DNA of 64,000 nucleotides from Planctomycetota bacterium (GTDB taxonomy: Bacteria; Planctomycetota; UBA1135; JAKEFM01). The notes below the pieces were generated by a model. The model worked only from the letters and a program-made list of their open reading frames with translations, searched no databases and was not told the origin of the DNA. Positions 51,372-61,586 of this stretch are shown piece by piece. The position numbers and the translations under genes are program-made. The stretch spans positions 18,228 to 82,227 of the forward strand of contig JAKEFM010000212.1 of the NCBI GenBank assembly GCA_022616055.1, given 5' to 3'. Positions within the stretch are counted from its first letter, which is position 1, and each line of letters starts with the position of its first letter.

Positions 51372-53699
51372 TCACGGCCGCGTCGAGAACCTCAGTTCGT
51401 AGTGGACGAGGGTGTTCCCCGCGAGGTCCCGGAACAAGTGCCGGAGCGGCAGGAGGTACGTGGCCCCGGGCCGCAGGGGTCCCGAGAGGTCGTAGACGAG
51501 GACCGTGCCTCCCTCCTCCCAGCGCGACGGGGACCTCCCGACGAGGGGGAAAAGCAGGCCCTTCTTCTCGTTCTCCGCGACCTCGGTCCCCGAGTACCCC
51601 CTCCCGGGGCGCATCGGCTCCGAGAAGACGATGCGGATCTGCTTCAGGCCGGGATCCACCTCGGTCGCGCCGGCCGCCGGCTCGCTTCGTACGACCTGCG
51701 GCTGCTCTGAATCGGCGGAGGCGACCGTCCGGAATCGCACCTTGGCCTCGGGGATCGGGACTCCTCGCGCGTCGAGGAGGACGCCGTCGAGGTCGACGAG
51801 GATCTCCCGGTCGGGGGAAAGGGGGTTCTTGAGCGAGAGGACGAGAGCCCGCCCGTCCTCCTCCAGGGAGACTCCTCCGAGCCACGGCGAGTCCGCCCCA
51901 GCCGCCTTCGCACGCTCCGTGACTGGGCCACCGAGTTCCTCATGGGCGCCAGGACCGATCGGCGCGAGCGGCCCGTCGAACACGAGCCGGATCCGCTCGA
52001 GGAGGTAGGGGGCGTCCCGGGCGCCGTCGGGAGGATCGCTCCGCGCGAGGCGGACCGGGCGGAGGACGTGGACCGGCGGATCCGCGATCGGAACCGTGGC
52101 CTCCGGGTCGACGGCGAGGGCGACGGGCGAGTCCCCCGTGTCGAGCTTGAAGTCCCCGCGATCCCCGAGCAGGACGTCGAGGTCGACCTCCTCCTTCTCC
52201 GTCGTCAATCGGATGGGAACCCGAGCCGGGAGGAGCGAGGGGATCCCCTTTGGACAGGGTCGGGACTCAAGCACTCCCGAGATCTTCTGCTCCGTGCCGT
52301 CCACTCGGACGTCCTTGAACGCGAGGTGTGCGTGTCCCTCGCGCAGGATCCAGGGGAGCACCTCCCGAGCCTCCTTCCCCGCCCCTTCGAGGCACTCGAG
52401 GAACTCGGGGAGCTCGCTCCCCTTCCCCGCACAGCGCCGGTGGTAGGCGGCGAGTGCCCTGTCGAGCGCATCTCGGCCGACGGCGGCCTCGAGTCCGCGC
52501 AGGACGAGGGCGCTCTTGGCGTACGCGAGCCCCTGGTATCCCTTCGTCCCGAAGACGACCTGAGCCAACCCTGGATCGGCTCCGGCTTCGTGCACCGCCG
52601 CGAGGTACCGGTTCCGCTGCTCCGCGGCGTGCCGGCGCGCGGCCGCCTCTCCTTCGCGCGCCTCGAGCCAGCGCCAGGAGGAGTGCTCGGCCAGGCCTTC
52701 GGTGAGGAAGCGTTCCCCCGGACCTCGAGCCTCGACCGCCCCGCCCCACCAGAGGTGGGCGACCTCGTGACCGATCGTCTCCGAAGGGAGGCCCTCCTCG
52801 CCGAACGCGTCCCGGTCGAAGGTGAGGAGCCCGGGGGCGGCCCAGTTGTAGGAGCCCATGATGCAATCGATCTCGCAGACGCCCAGGACGGCCGAGTCGA
52901 CGGACCCGAAGCGCTCCACGTAGAAGTCGTGCGCGCGCGCCACATCGTCGAGGACGCGGGGACCGAGGGCCGCGTGCTCCTCCTTGAGGAGGGCGACGAG
53001 GAGCGTCTTTCCGCTCCTCCTCTCGTGGCGCCGGTAGCGGCCTGCGACGACGGAGAGGGTGGACGGAGTCGCGATCTCGAACGCCCACGAGCGCCCTCCG
53101 GGCGGAGCCGGGACCGGCGCGCCGACCGGGACGCCCGACACGTACACCTCGAAGTCCCGGGGCGCGATCACGCGGACGGACCCCCGCACCGGCTCGACGC
53201 CGGGCCCTTCGAGGTCGGCGGGGACCTGGGGGTAGAACACCGTCTGCTCGGACATCCGGAACTCCTCGGGAGCGAGGAGGAGGATCCCGCGCCAGTCCTG
53301 CTTCCCAGATCCGTCCGCGGCGCGGCCGGACCACTCCAGAGCGATGCGGACGCGCTCTCCCGCAGGGTCGGGCTTCCTCCCGAGGTCGAGCCGCACGACG
53401 CGTCCCTCGCGGTGGTACTTCGAGGGAGCCGGACCGCCCTCGCTCCAGAGGAGGGGCACCCCGCCCTCGATTCTTGCCGAGACGAGGAAGAGACTCCGGT
53501 TGAGGAGGATGGGGATCTCGCGAGTCCGGACTCCCGCGAGGGCGAGGGTGGCGCTCGCCTCGAACGCCGGCGGCTGATGCAGCCGGAGTTCGAGGTCGAT
53601 GCTCTCGATCGTAGGCCAGCCTTCGGAGGCGGGAATCTCCGGCGGGTCGACGGTGGCGGTGACGGTGAGGAGCAGGCCGAGGGCGATCGCGCTGGTCAT
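51372..53699 (-). CDS. Secreted M1-family (gluzincin) aminopeptidase-like protein with C-terminal Ig-like domains
   Basis: Start MTSAIALGLLLTVTA (ATG 53697-53699). HEVAHLWWG-X..-FLTEGLAE fits HExxH-X18-E. The C-terminal ~250 aa are beta-rich repeats. Confidence 0.85.
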   Translation of the reverse strand: MTSAIALGLLLTVTATVDPPEIPASEGWPTIESIDLELRLHQPPAFEASATLALAGVRTREIPILLNRSLFLVSARIEGGVPLLWSEGGPAPSKYHREGRVVRLDLGRKPDPAGERVRIALEWSGRAADGSGKQDWRGILLLAPEEFRMSEQTVFYPQVPADLEGPGVEPVRGSVRVIAPRDFEVYVSGVPVGAPVPAPPGGRSWAFEIATPSTLSVVAGRYRRHERRSGKTLLVALLKEEHAALGPRVLDDVARAHDFYVERFGSVDSAVLGVCEIDCIMGSYNWAAPGLLTFDRDAFGEEGLPSETIGHEVAHLWWGGAVEARGPGERFLTEGLAEHSSWRWLEAREGEAAARRHAAEQRNRYLAAVHEAGADPGLAQVVFGTKGYQGLAYAKSALVLRGLEAAVGRDALDRALAAYHRRCAGKGSELPEFLECLEGAGKEAREVLPWILREGHAHLAFKDVRVDGTEQKISGVLESRPCPKGIPSLLPARVPIRLTTEKEEVDLDVLLGDRGDFKLDTGDSPVALAVDPEATVPIADPPVHVLRPVRLARSDPPDGARDAPYLLERIRLVFDGPLAPIGPGAHEELGGPVTERAKAAGADSPWLGGVSLEEDGRALVLSLKNPLSPDREILVDLDGVLLDARGVPIPEAKVRFRTVASADSEQPQVVRSEPAAGATEVDPGLKQIRIVFSEPMRPGRGYSGTEVAENEKKGLLFPLVGRSPSRWEEGGTVLVYDLSGPLRPGATYLLPLRHLFRDLAGNTLVHYELRFSTRP

Positions 53700-53893
53700 G
53701 GGAGAGGTGCGGAGGGGTGTCGACTCGAGAGCGGGCCGGACGAGGAGAAGGTCATCCACGTCCCCGCAGGGCGCCGACCGGACGGGAGAGCATACCCAGG
53801 GGAAGGAGGGGCCCCGGACGAGGCTGTAGTCGGGAGGGCCTCGGCGGAATAGGAAGACTCCGGCATCGTCCGAAGGCGCCGGAGCCGGTTCCC

Positions 53894-54967
53894 ATGGGTC
53901 CGAGATCCCCTCGCCGCCTCGTCGTCGGTCTCCTCCTCGGGGCGGCCGACGTCGAGGCGATCGCACAGGACTCCCGGCCTGCTCTCCCGAATCCCCCCGA
54001 GGGCGCGAGGCGGCATCTCGAGGGCGGGTCGACCTACACGGTCGAGTGGAGGATTCCAGTCGTGTGGGGAGCCGACGCGGAGATCGAGGTCGACTCCGGG
54101 AGGTACGACTGCTGCATGGAACGCGAACCCGCTCTGGCGTGGTACCGCCTTCGCCGGCTCGGCGATCACGCGGAGATCCTCCACTTGGAGACGGGAGGGG
54201 GGAGCGACTCGGAGGAAGCGCTGAGAGTTCGCCTCGATCGTGCGGGAATCCCGCTGGCCGACTACCTCGAGCTGCTCCGCGATCTGGCCTGGATCTCCGC
54301 CGCGCGCCTCGATCGACGTCGGACGGACCCCGGGCTCTGGTCGATCATCGGCTGCGAAGCCTGGAGCTACGTGCGACTCTCGGAAGGGGCTCGTACGGCC
54401 TGGGAGGACGCATGGGCGGGAGCGACCAGCTCGTTCGACGAGGTTCGCTACGCGAAGTCGCGAGCCTGCGTTGCACGGGTCGAGGAAGCCGCTTCCAAGG
54501 CCGGACACGTGTCGTTCGTCCCCTCTCCCGAGGTTCGGAGACGGATCCTCGATTCTCTCTGCCTGCGCACCTATGCGGGTCGACCTTGGGACGCGTTTGG
54601 CGGTGCGGGACGGCTGACCGACCTCTATCGGCGTTGCGTGCTCGCGCTGGGCGGCGAGCCGGCAAGTTGCCTGCCGCAGCCACGGGAGGAGGTCGAGATC
54701 GTTATCGAGGGGACGCGGTCCTGGTTCGAGGTGGGGGACCACGTGACGGTCTGGGCGGGCTCCGGCAAGGAGGTCCCCATCCCTCCATTTCCCAGTCTCG
54801 GGCTTTGGAGGGGCCCGCGGTGCCACGCCGTCCGCCTGGCGCCGGGCGAGTACACGGTGGCCCTCGATACCCCCGAATTCGAGCCTCGCCGGTTCCCGCT
54901 CACCGTCCGGCGCGGCGAGCCGGCGACTGTCGAACTCGATCTCGTGAGGCGAGAGACGCCACGATGA
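53894..54967 (+). CDS. Secreted hypothetical protein with a C-terminal PEGA/CarboxypepD_reg-like beta-sandwich
   Basis: Start MGPRSPRRLVVGLLLGAADVEA. The C-terminal AVRLAPGEYTVALDTPEFEPRRFPLTVRRGEPATVELDL is PEGA-like. Codon usage is noticeably less GC3-biased than in the neighbours. Confidence 0.62.
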   Translation: MGPRSPRRLVVGLLLGAADVEAIAQDSRPALPNPPEGARRHLEGGSTYTVEWRIPVVWGADAEIEVDSGRYDCCMEREPALAWYRLRRLGDHAEILHLETGGGSDSEEALRVRLDRAGIPLADYLELLRDLAWISAARLDRRRTDPGLWSIIGCEAWSYVRLSEGARTAWEDAWAGATSSFDEVRYAKSRACVARVEEAASKAGHVSFVPSPEVRRRILDSLCLRTYAGRPWDAFGGAGRLTDLYRRCVLALGGEPASCLPQPREEVEIVIEGTRSWFEVGDHVTVWAGSGKEVPIPPFPSLGLWRGPRCHAVRLAPGEYTVALDTPEFEPRRFPLTVRRGEPATVELDLVRRETPR

Positions 54968-55025
54968 TTCCATCCGTGGACGCTCAGACCGGACGGCGAC
55001 TGGCCCCTTCCCCGGGAGATCCTCC

Positions 55026-57017
55026 ATGACGACGATCCTCCTCTCCCTCGCGGTCCTCCTCGCGGTCGGATGCCCGGACAAGGTCCAGCCGGCCGACCCC
55101 GACGCCGACCGCGACGGGCTCTCCGACTTCCAGGAGACCCACAAGTACTTCACCGACCCGAAGTCGGCCGACTCCGACAAGGACGGGCTTCCCGACGGCG
55201 ACTGGGAGGAGCGGCGCGAGTTCGCGTACACGGTCCGCTCGATCGTGCACGTGTTGCCGCCGGTCACCGAGGACGTCCTGTGCGACGACTACCAGGACGC
55301 CCGGATCCTCGAGAAGTCTGAGGATTACGTCGAGCTCGAGGTGATCCACTACCCGCTCAACACCGTCGCCGATGCGATCGCGGGCAACCCGGACTGGCGG
55401 CGGGACGCGGCGAGGATGAAGGATTGGGTCGCGCCCGGGCTCACCGCGAACTGGGACGAGGAGATGCGAGGGAAGCTCGTCGCGTCGCTGAAGAAGGAGG
55501 GGATCGATCCGGACGCGCTCGACGACAAGGGTCTGGTCGAGCGGGCGTCGAAGTGGCTCCTCGGGCACGCGCGAAGCGTGGACGGATTCTCGACCTTCTG
55601 CTCCTGGTTCCCGGGCGGGAAGGCGGCGATCTATCCGGGGCTGGAGGAGTCGGCGGAGCGGGGGAAGGCGGGGAAGGGCCTGACGGTGGAGGAGCAGTGG
55701 CAGCGGGAACTGTTCGCGAAGGGGATGTTCGAGAACGCCGTGCGCGGGACCTGCACCTCGAGCGCGATCTACATGAACGGCTGCCTGAAGGCGCTCGGCA
55801 TCCCGACGCGGATCGTCCTCTGCATCCCGGTCGTCGACGCCTCCGACGAGAGGGAGGTGGGTTTCGTGCGGAGCGAGATCCGCCACGCCCGCGTGCGGGG
55901 AGCCATCCTCCGGGCGGTCCAGGGGCAGGAGAGGAGCTGGACGAGCCACACCTTCAACGAGGTGTTCGTCGGGGGGCGGTGGCGGCGCCTCAACTACGAG
56001 CGGCTCGGACAGGGCATCCTCGATCCGAACTACCTCGGCCTGATGACGCACGTCGCCACGTTCCGCGACTGGGCGGACGGCGAGATGGCGAAGACCTGGG
56101 GACTTCGATCGGGCGGGAAGTGGGCGGGACGGGACGTCTTCGGAGGCCCGAACCCCTACTCGGCGGTCGCGCTGTCGGATCGCTTCGGCCCCAACGCGAA
56201 GGTCGATTCCGAGGAATTCCGGTCCCTCACGATCGAGCGCGTCTACTGGTGGGACTCGCCGGAGCGGACGGTGGAGATGCAGCTCGACGATCGGGAGACG
56301 GCCGGGCACCTCCTGATGCACGTCCGCGAGGGACGGTCGGAGGAGGGGACGGAGCAGTACGCGACCTTTTACGGGAAGGTCAGCAAGGGCTTCGTGCTGC
56401 GCGCCGAGGGCCGCCCGGACGTCCGCGCGGGCGCCGCGCGGGGGTACTGGGTGGATTCCGCGGCGGGGATGCGGGAGTTCTATCTCCGGATCGAGCCGAG
56501 CGAGCTGCCGAAGGTGACGCCCGGGGTGCCCTACTCCCTCGTCCCGGTCGGGGAGAACGAGACGTATCGCTGGGTCGTTGCCGACGGGGTGAAGGTCGTC
56601 CGCCTGAAGTCCGGCGAGCGGCCGCCCAAGCCGAAGGCCGACGTCACGATCGCCAGGGCGGTCTGGTCCGATGCCGCGGAGATCCCGGAGGAGATCCGGA
56701 AGGCCTTCTCCGGCGACCGCCCCGTCCTCCTTTGCAGGGTGGCGGAGAAGAAGGACGCGGCCGAGCTGAAGGAGTTCACGAGTCGAGCCGACCTGCGGTT
56801 CTTCCTCGAGGCGGAAGGACAGCCGACCCTCAAGGTGGGGGCCGACGTCGGGTCGGTCACCTCCGGCGCGGACCTGGCTTGGGTCGTGGTCCGTCTGGGC
56901 CCGGCCGACTGGGAAGGCCTGGCGGCGGACGTCGGCTACCGGCTCCGGCCGCAGAACGCTCGGCCGGGGAGCCGGTGGGCCGTCGCGGACGGAGTCGTCG
57001 TCCCGGGGCGGAAGTAG
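55026..57017 (+). CDS. Lipoprotein with thrombospondin-type-3-like Ca-binding repeats and a transglutaminase-like cysteine-protease core
   Basis: Lipobox LLAVGC. DPDADRDGLSDFQE and DSDKDGLPDGDWE repeats. Putative catalytic Cys (RGTCTSSAIYMNGCLKALGIPTR), His (SHTFNEVFVGGRW) and Asp (ILDPNY). Confidence 0.78.
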   Translation: MTTILLSLAVLLAVGCPDKVQPADPDADRDGLSDFQETHKYFTDPKSADSDKDGLPDGDWEERREFAYTVRSIVHVLPPVTEDVLCDDYQDARILEKSEDYVELEVIHYPLNTVADAIAGNPDWRRDAARMKDWVAPGLTANWDEEMRGKLVASLKKEGIDPDALDDKGLVERASKWLLGHARSVDGFSTFCSWFPGGKAAIYPGLEESAERGKAGKGLTVEEQWQRELFAKGMFENAVRGTCTSSAIYMNGCLKALGIPTRIVLCIPVVDASDEREVGFVRSEIRHARVRGAILRAVQGQERSWTSHTFNEVFVGGRWRRLNYERLGQGILDPNYLGLMTHVATFRDWADGEMAKTWGLRSGGKWAGRDVFGGPNPYSAVALSDRFGPNAKVDSEEFRSLTIERVYWWDSPERTVEMQLDDRETAGHLLMHVREGRSEEGTEQYATFYGKVSKGFVLRAEGRPDVRAGAARGYWVDSAAGMREFYLRIEPSELPKVTPGVPYSLVPVGENETYRWVVADGVKVVRLKSGERPPKPKADVTIARAVWSDAAEIPEEIRKAFSGDRPVLLCRVAEKKDAAELKEFTSRADLRFFLEAEGQPTLKVGADVGSVTSGADLAWVVVRLGPADWEGLAADVGYRLRPQNARPGSRWAVADGVVVPGRK

Positions 57018-57021
57018 GTCT

Positions 57022-59001
57022 CTACGGCCGCGCCGGGAGATCGAAGGCGATCTCGACTTCCCTCCCGTCCCGCAGGACGACGACCTTCGCCTTCTCGTCC
57101 TCGCCGGAGAGGGCGGGGAAGAGCTCCATCAGGCTCGTCACCGCCTCGCCGTTGACGCGGACGATCTTGTCCCCGCTCTTGAACCCCGCCTTCGCGGCGG
57201 GGCCGTCCTCGACGACCTCCTCGATCGCGAGGTCCTCGCCGAGCCCTCGGAGGCCGAGCCGCCGTCCGAAGCCCCCCTGCCCGGGGGGCGGCAGTTCGAC
57301 GGCGACCGCCACCTCCTTGCCGTCCCGGAGGACCGCGACGGTGGTTTTCGCGGGCGCGGCCTGGAGCGCCTCGCGCATCTCGTCGGTGTCGGCCACCGCC
57401 CGGTCGCCGATCTTCAGGAGGCGGTCGCCGACCTTGAGGCCGATCTTCTCGGCCAGCCCTCCCTCGACGACCTCCTCGATCTTCAGGTCGTCCGCGAGCT
57501 GGACGCCGAGCCGGCGGCCGCCCATGCCGCCCGGGAGGCGGAGGTTCTCGCGCGAGAGGAGGTCGGGGAGGTTCGCGATCCCGAGGGCGCCGACCGCGAT
57601 CACGATCGCCGAATTGCGCTGATACTCGGGGATCGCCGCGTCGAAGGTGTCGAACTGCGTGTGGTGGGTCCGGTTGTAGTTCGCGCGCCCCTTCTGGTCC
57701 CAGAAGAAGCCCGGGACGTTCTCCCGGAGGAAGGAGGCGTGGTCGCTGCCGCCGCCGGAGAGCCCCTTCACCTCGCGGACCTTGAAGGGGATCTCGGGAT
57801 CGAGGTCCTTCACGGAGGCGAAGATGGTCTCGAAGGCCTCCTTCATGGGGGGCGTCGCCGTGATCCCGGCGCAGTAGTTCGTCCCTCCGTCGTGGACGAG
57901 GACGGCGGAGATCTTGGCGAGCTCCTCCTTGTGCTTCCGGACCCAGGCGGCCGAGCCGAGGAGCCCCTGCTCCTCGCCGCCCCAGAGCATGAAGCGGATC
58001 GTGCGCTTGGGCTTCACCTTCGCCTTCCCGAGGAGGCGCGCCGCCTCCATCGTGGTGGCGCAGCCCGTCCCGTTGTCCGTCGTCCCCGTCGCGCCGTCCC
58101 AGGAGTCGAGGTGGCCGCCGACGATCACGACCTCGTCGGGCTTCTCGGACCCGGGGATCTCCGCGATCACGTTGTGGAGCGTCACCGGCCCCTTCTCGAA
58201 CCAGTTGCGGATGTCGAACTCGAGGCGGACCTCCTTCCCCTCGGTCAGGAGGTCGCAGATCTCCTTGTGCTCGGCGGCGAGGAGCGTGATCGCCGCCCGC
58301 GTGGGGAGCTTCTCCCAGGAGACGCGGGAGTTGCCGCCGGTGTGGACCAGCTCGCCCCGGTCGGCGCGGATCGTCCCGAGGACCCCTTCCTCCTGGTAGG
58401 CCTTCTCCAGCCTGTCCCGGAACGCCCGGTCGGGTCCGGCGGGCCTCCCCGAGCGGCCGTCGGACGGCGTCTCCCGGTCGGCTCCGCCGGCCACGGCCTC
58501 GACCGGACGGGCCTCGCGGCGAGCGGAGGGGCGGGGGGGGGCGGGACGGGTGACGACCCAGGCCCCCTTGAGCCTCGGACGGGCGGCCGCGAGCTCGTCC
58601 TCGTTCGTCGGGGCGAGGACCGCGTGGCCCTCGACGCGCCCCTTCGTGCCCGCCGTCCAGGCGTTCGTCGCGAAGTGGAGGACCTTGTCGGACGGGGCGA
58701 GGAGCCGCCCGGAGGAGGGCCCGCGGTTGAATCCGACCGGGAACTCCCCCCACTCCTCGAGCCGGGCGTTCTCGAGGCCGAAGGCCTCGAACTGCCCGCG
58801 CGTCCACTCGCAGGCGAGCCGGAAGTTCTGCGACCCCGTGAGGCGCGGCCCGATCCGGTTCGAGAGATGGTCGAGGTGCTCCATCACGCGGCTGTCCGCG
58901 CGGCCGAGGGCGATCACCCTCTCGACTTCCGACTCCTGGGCGAGGGCGATCGGGGCGGCAAGGAGGAGGGAGAGGACGGGGAAGGGGCGCCTCGGGGACA
59001 T
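57022..59001 (-). CDS. Secreted M28-family aminopeptidase with two C-terminal PDZ domains
   Basis: Start MSPRRPFPVLSLLLAAPIALA (ATG 58999-59001). GGHLDSWDGATGTTDNGTG, WGGEEQGLLGS and GGGSDHASF. Two PDZ-like repeats (EEVVEGGLAEKIGLKVGDRLLKIG and EEVVEDGPAAKAGFKSGDKIVRVNG). Confidence 0.9.
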   Translation of the reverse strand: MSPRRPFPVLSLLLAAPIALAQESEVERVIALGRADSRVMEHLDHLSNRIGPRLTGSQNFRLACEWTRGQFEAFGLENARLEEWGEFPVGFNRGPSSGRLLAPSDKVLHFATNAWTAGTKGRVEGHAVLAPTNEDELAAARPRLKGAWVVTRPAPPRPSARREARPVEAVAGGADRETPSDGRSGRPAGPDRAFRDRLEKAYQEEGVLGTIRADRGELVHTGGNSRVSWEKLPTRAAITLLAAEHKEICDLLTEGKEVRLEFDIRNWFEKGPVTLHNVIAEIPGSEKPDEVVIVGGHLDSWDGATGTTDNGTGCATTMEAARLLGKAKVKPKRTIRFMLWGGEEQGLLGSAAWVRKHKEELAKISAVLVHDGGTNYCAGITATPPMKEAFETIFASVKDLDPEIPFKVREVKGLSGGGSDHASFLRENVPGFFWDQKGRANYNRTHHTQFDTFDAAIPEYQRNSAIVIAVGALGIANLPDLLSRENLRLPGGMGGRRLGVQLADDLKIEEVVEGGLAEKIGLKVGDRLLKIGDRAVADTDEMREALQAAPAKTTVAVLRDGKEVAVAVELPPPGQGGFGRRLGLRGLGEDLAIEEVVEDGPAAKAGFKSGDKIVRVNGEAVTSLMELFPALSGEDEKAKVVVLRDGREVEIAFDLPARP

Positions 59002-59096
59002 AGGGCTCCTTTCCTCTCGGCAGGCGGGGCTCGTGCCGTCCGCGGGAGGGGGGGTCCTCGAGTGTACCGGAGCCGGGCGACCCTCGTCGGCTAGCC

Positions 59097-59618
59097 TTGC
59101 GAGGGATGGGGAAACCACCCCGGAAACCGCGGCCGCTCCGCCCGTTCGAGGATCGCCCATTGTGGCGGTGTCCGCGGTGCGGGAAGCGGTTCGTCACCCG
59201 AAACATCTACCACTCCTGCACGCGCGTCCCCCTCGAGGACCACTTCCGGGGCCGACCCCTCGCGAAGGCGATCTTCATGCGGATCGACGCGCTCCTGCGC
59301 TCGTTCGGGCCGGTCCGGATCGTGTCGAACAGGACTCGCGTCGGTTGGATGGTCCGCGTCCGGTTCGGGGGCATCCATCCGCTGAAGGACGGGGCGTGGC
59401 TCGACCTCTGGCTGTCGCGTCCCCTCCACCACCCGCGCGTCGCCAAGGTCCGGGAGGTCTCTCCGCGCTGCCACTTGCACTCGGTCCGCCTCCGGGATCC
59501 CGAGGAGGTCGACGGGGAGGTCCGGGAGATGCTGCGCCGGGCCTATGCGGTGGGCTGCCAGGAGCACCTGCGGGAGCGACGGGAGGGGTCGATTGCGACG
59601 CCGGAATCCGCCGGCTAG
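59097..59618 (+). CDS. DUF5655-like protein with an N-terminal zinc-ribbon motif
   Basis: WRCPRCGKRFVTRNIYHSC followed by a pattern I recall for DUF5655. The start is uncertain (TTG 59097 or ATG 59106). Confidence 0.6.
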   Translation: MRGMGKPPRKPRPLRPFEDRPLWRCPRCGKRFVTRNIYHSCTRVPLEDHFRGRPLAKAIFMRIDALLRSFGPVRIVSNRTRVGWMVRVRFGGIHPLKDGAWLDLWLSRPLHHPRVAKVREVSPRCHLHSVRLRDPEEVDGEVREMLRRAYAVGCQEHLRERREGSIATPESAG

Positions 59619-59628
59619 CGTCGCCGCA

Positions 59629-60219
59629 ATGCGCGCCGCTTCGATCCGTCCCCGCCTCGAGCTTCCCGACCCCGCGGTCGCCCGGGAGCGGCTGAAGGCG
59701 CTTCTGAGGGAACGATCGCTCCGGGAGGGGGTCGACGTCGTCCTCGCCTCCGGGAAGAAGAGCGACGTCTACGTCGACGGCAAGCAGGTGACGCTCGAGG
59801 GGGAGGGGCTCCTCCTCGTCGCGTCCCTGATCCTGCGGCAGATGGAGGGGGAGCGCGTGACGGCGGTCGGCGGGCTCACGCTCGGGGCCGACCCGATCGC
59901 CTCGGGGGTCGCCCTCCTCTCCCACCTCGCGGGCCGGCCGCTCCGGGCCTTCCTCGTCCGGAAGGACCCCAAGACCCACGGGACGAAGCGCTCGATCGAG
60001 GGGGGAATCGGCCGGGAGGACCGGGTCGTCCTCGTCGACGACGTGATCACCACCGGCGGGTCGGTCCTCAAGGCCGCCGAGGCCGTGCGGGCCGCCGGCG
60101 CCGAGATCGCCTTCGTCTCCGTCGTCGTCGACCGGGAGGATCCCGACGGGGCCGCGGCCCTCGCCCCCCTCGACTACCGCCCGATCTTCCGCCTCTCCGA
60201 GCTCCGGACCCGGCCGTGA
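59629..60219 (+). CDS. pyrE: Orotate phosphoribosyltransferase
   Basis: LASGKKSDVYVDGK and the PRPP-binding VVLVDDVITTGGS. ATG 59629. The upstream part of the track ORF overlaps the previous gene. Confidence 0.9.
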   Translation: MRAASIRPRLELPDPAVARERLKALLRERSLREGVDVVLASGKKSDVYVDGKQVTLEGEGLLLVASLILRQMEGERVTAVGGLTLGADPIASGVALLSHLAGRPLRAFLVRKDPKTHGTKRSIEGGIGREDRVVLVDDVITTGGSVLKAAEAVRAAGAEIAFVSVVVDREDPDGAAALAPLDYRPIFRLSELRTRP

Positions 60220-60527
60220 CCTCCCGGAAGGACGTCGAGACGAAGTGCCCGCACTGCGGGACGCGGCTCCTCGTCGACGTCGCGACGGGACAGGTCCTCC
60301 GCAAGGAGGTCCCCGGGTCCTCGGGGGAGAAGCCGAAGGCCGAGCACTTCGACGAGGCCGTCCGCCAGCGGGGGGAGCGGAACCGCCAGCTCGACGACGT
60401 CTTCGGGGGGGCGGTCGAGGAGGAGGCGCAGAAGAAGAAGCGCCTGGAGGAGGCCTTCGAGAAGGCGAAGAAGCGCGCCGCCGAGGGGGGGGACGAGGGG
60501 CAGCCGCCGCCCGGTTTCAACTGGTAG
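60216..60527 (+). CDS. Small zinc-ribbon + charged-helix protein of unknown function
   Basis: GTGA overlap with pyrE. KCPHCGTRLLVD, then a K/E-rich helix. Confidence 0.62.
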   Translation: MTSRKDVETKCPHCGTRLLVDVATGQVLRKEVPGSSGEKPKAEHFDEAVRQRGERNRQLDDVFGGAVEEEAQKKKRLEEAFEKAKKRAAEGGDEGQPPPGFNW

Positions 60528-60646
60528 CCGGCCCGGGCTCGCCGGCCGCACGCTTTCCGGACCGGGGTCCATCCGCTACCCTCATGTTCCGGGCCGCGCG
60601 CCGGCGCCGCGGCGTCCGACGCGAGGGAAGGCCAGCGGAGCGTGCG

Positions 60647-61087
60647 ATGCGTTCGTGGATCCTGAAGACGGAGCCGTCCGAGTACTCCTTCGAGCGGCTG
60701 ATGGCGGAGGGGCGCACCCGCTGGGACGGCATCACGAACAACCTGGCCCTCCTCCACCTCCGCGCGATGCGCCGGGGCGACCGGGCGATCGTCTACCACA
60801 CCGGGGACGAGCGGTCCGCCGTGGGGACCTCCCTGATCACCCGCGACCCTTACCCCGACCCCAACGCCGGCAACCCCCGCATCCTCGTCGTCGACGTCGA
60901 GGCGGGGGAGCCCTTCCCGAAGTCGGTCCCCCTCGACGTCTTCCGCCGGGAGCCGCTCCTCGCGACGACCGACCTCGTCCGGATCTCGCGCCTCTCGATC
61001 GTCCCGATCACCGACGAGCAGTGGAGCCTGGTCGAGCGGCTCGCGGGCGTGCGCCCCCGCCGCAAGGCGCGGCGGGCGCGCGTCTGA
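60647..61087 (+). CDS. EVE (PUA-like, DUF55) domain protein
   Basis: MRSWILKTEPSEYSFERL...RWDGITNNLALLHLRAMRRGDRAIVYHTG is the canonical EVE N-terminus. Confidence 0.85.
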   Translation: MRSWILKTEPSEYSFERLMAEGRTRWDGITNNLALLHLRAMRRGDRAIVYHTGDERSAVGTSLITRDPYPDPNAGNPRILVVDVEAGEPFPKSVPLDVFRREPLLATTDLVRISRLSIVPITDEQWSLVERLAGVRPRRKARRARV

Positions 61088-61094
61088 TCCCCCG

Positions 61095-61586
61095 CTAGTC
61101 GCGGTCGAAGATCCGCAGCGTCCCCGCCTCGTAGTGGAGGAAGTCCGCCAGCCGCTCCGTGCGGCCGCGGAGCGCGGGGGCGAGGCGGGCCTCCGCCGTC
61201 GCGAGCACCTCCCCCCCCTCGCTCCGGATCTCCCCGGCGGCGCGGAATCCCTCCTCGCGTCCGTCCCGCGCGCGCGCCGCGAGGAGGAGCGGCGTCCCGG
61301 TCGGCACGGGGCGCGCGAAGCGGACGGAGAGCTCGACCGTCACGCAGAAGCGCCGCAGCGCGACCATCGTCGCCCAGGCGAGGGCCTCGTCGAGGAGCGC
61401 GGCGACGATCCCGCCGTGCGCGGTGCCGGGGTAGCCCTGGAAGCGGTCGGGGATCTCGACGCGCCCGACGACCTCCTCGCCGCTGCGCTCGAGGCGCGCG
61501 CGGAATCCGTGCGAGTTGTCGCGACCGCAGACGAAGCAGTCGCGGGAGAGGGGAAGCGGTCCGTCGGGAAAGGTCTTGCGATCCAT
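61095..61586 (-). CDS. PaaI-family hotdog-fold thioesterase
   Basis: Start MDRKTF (ATG 61584-61586). CFVCGRDNSHGFRARL and GTAHGGIVAALLDEA motifs. Confidence 0.8.
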   Translation of the reverse strand: MDRKTFPDGPLPLSRDCFVCGRDNSHGFRARLERSGEEVVGRVEIPDRFQGYPGTAHGGIVAALLDEALAWATMVALRRFCVTVELSVRFARPVPTGTPLLLAARARDGREEGFRAAGEIRSEGGEVLATAEARLAPALRGRTERLADFLHYEAGTLRIFDRD

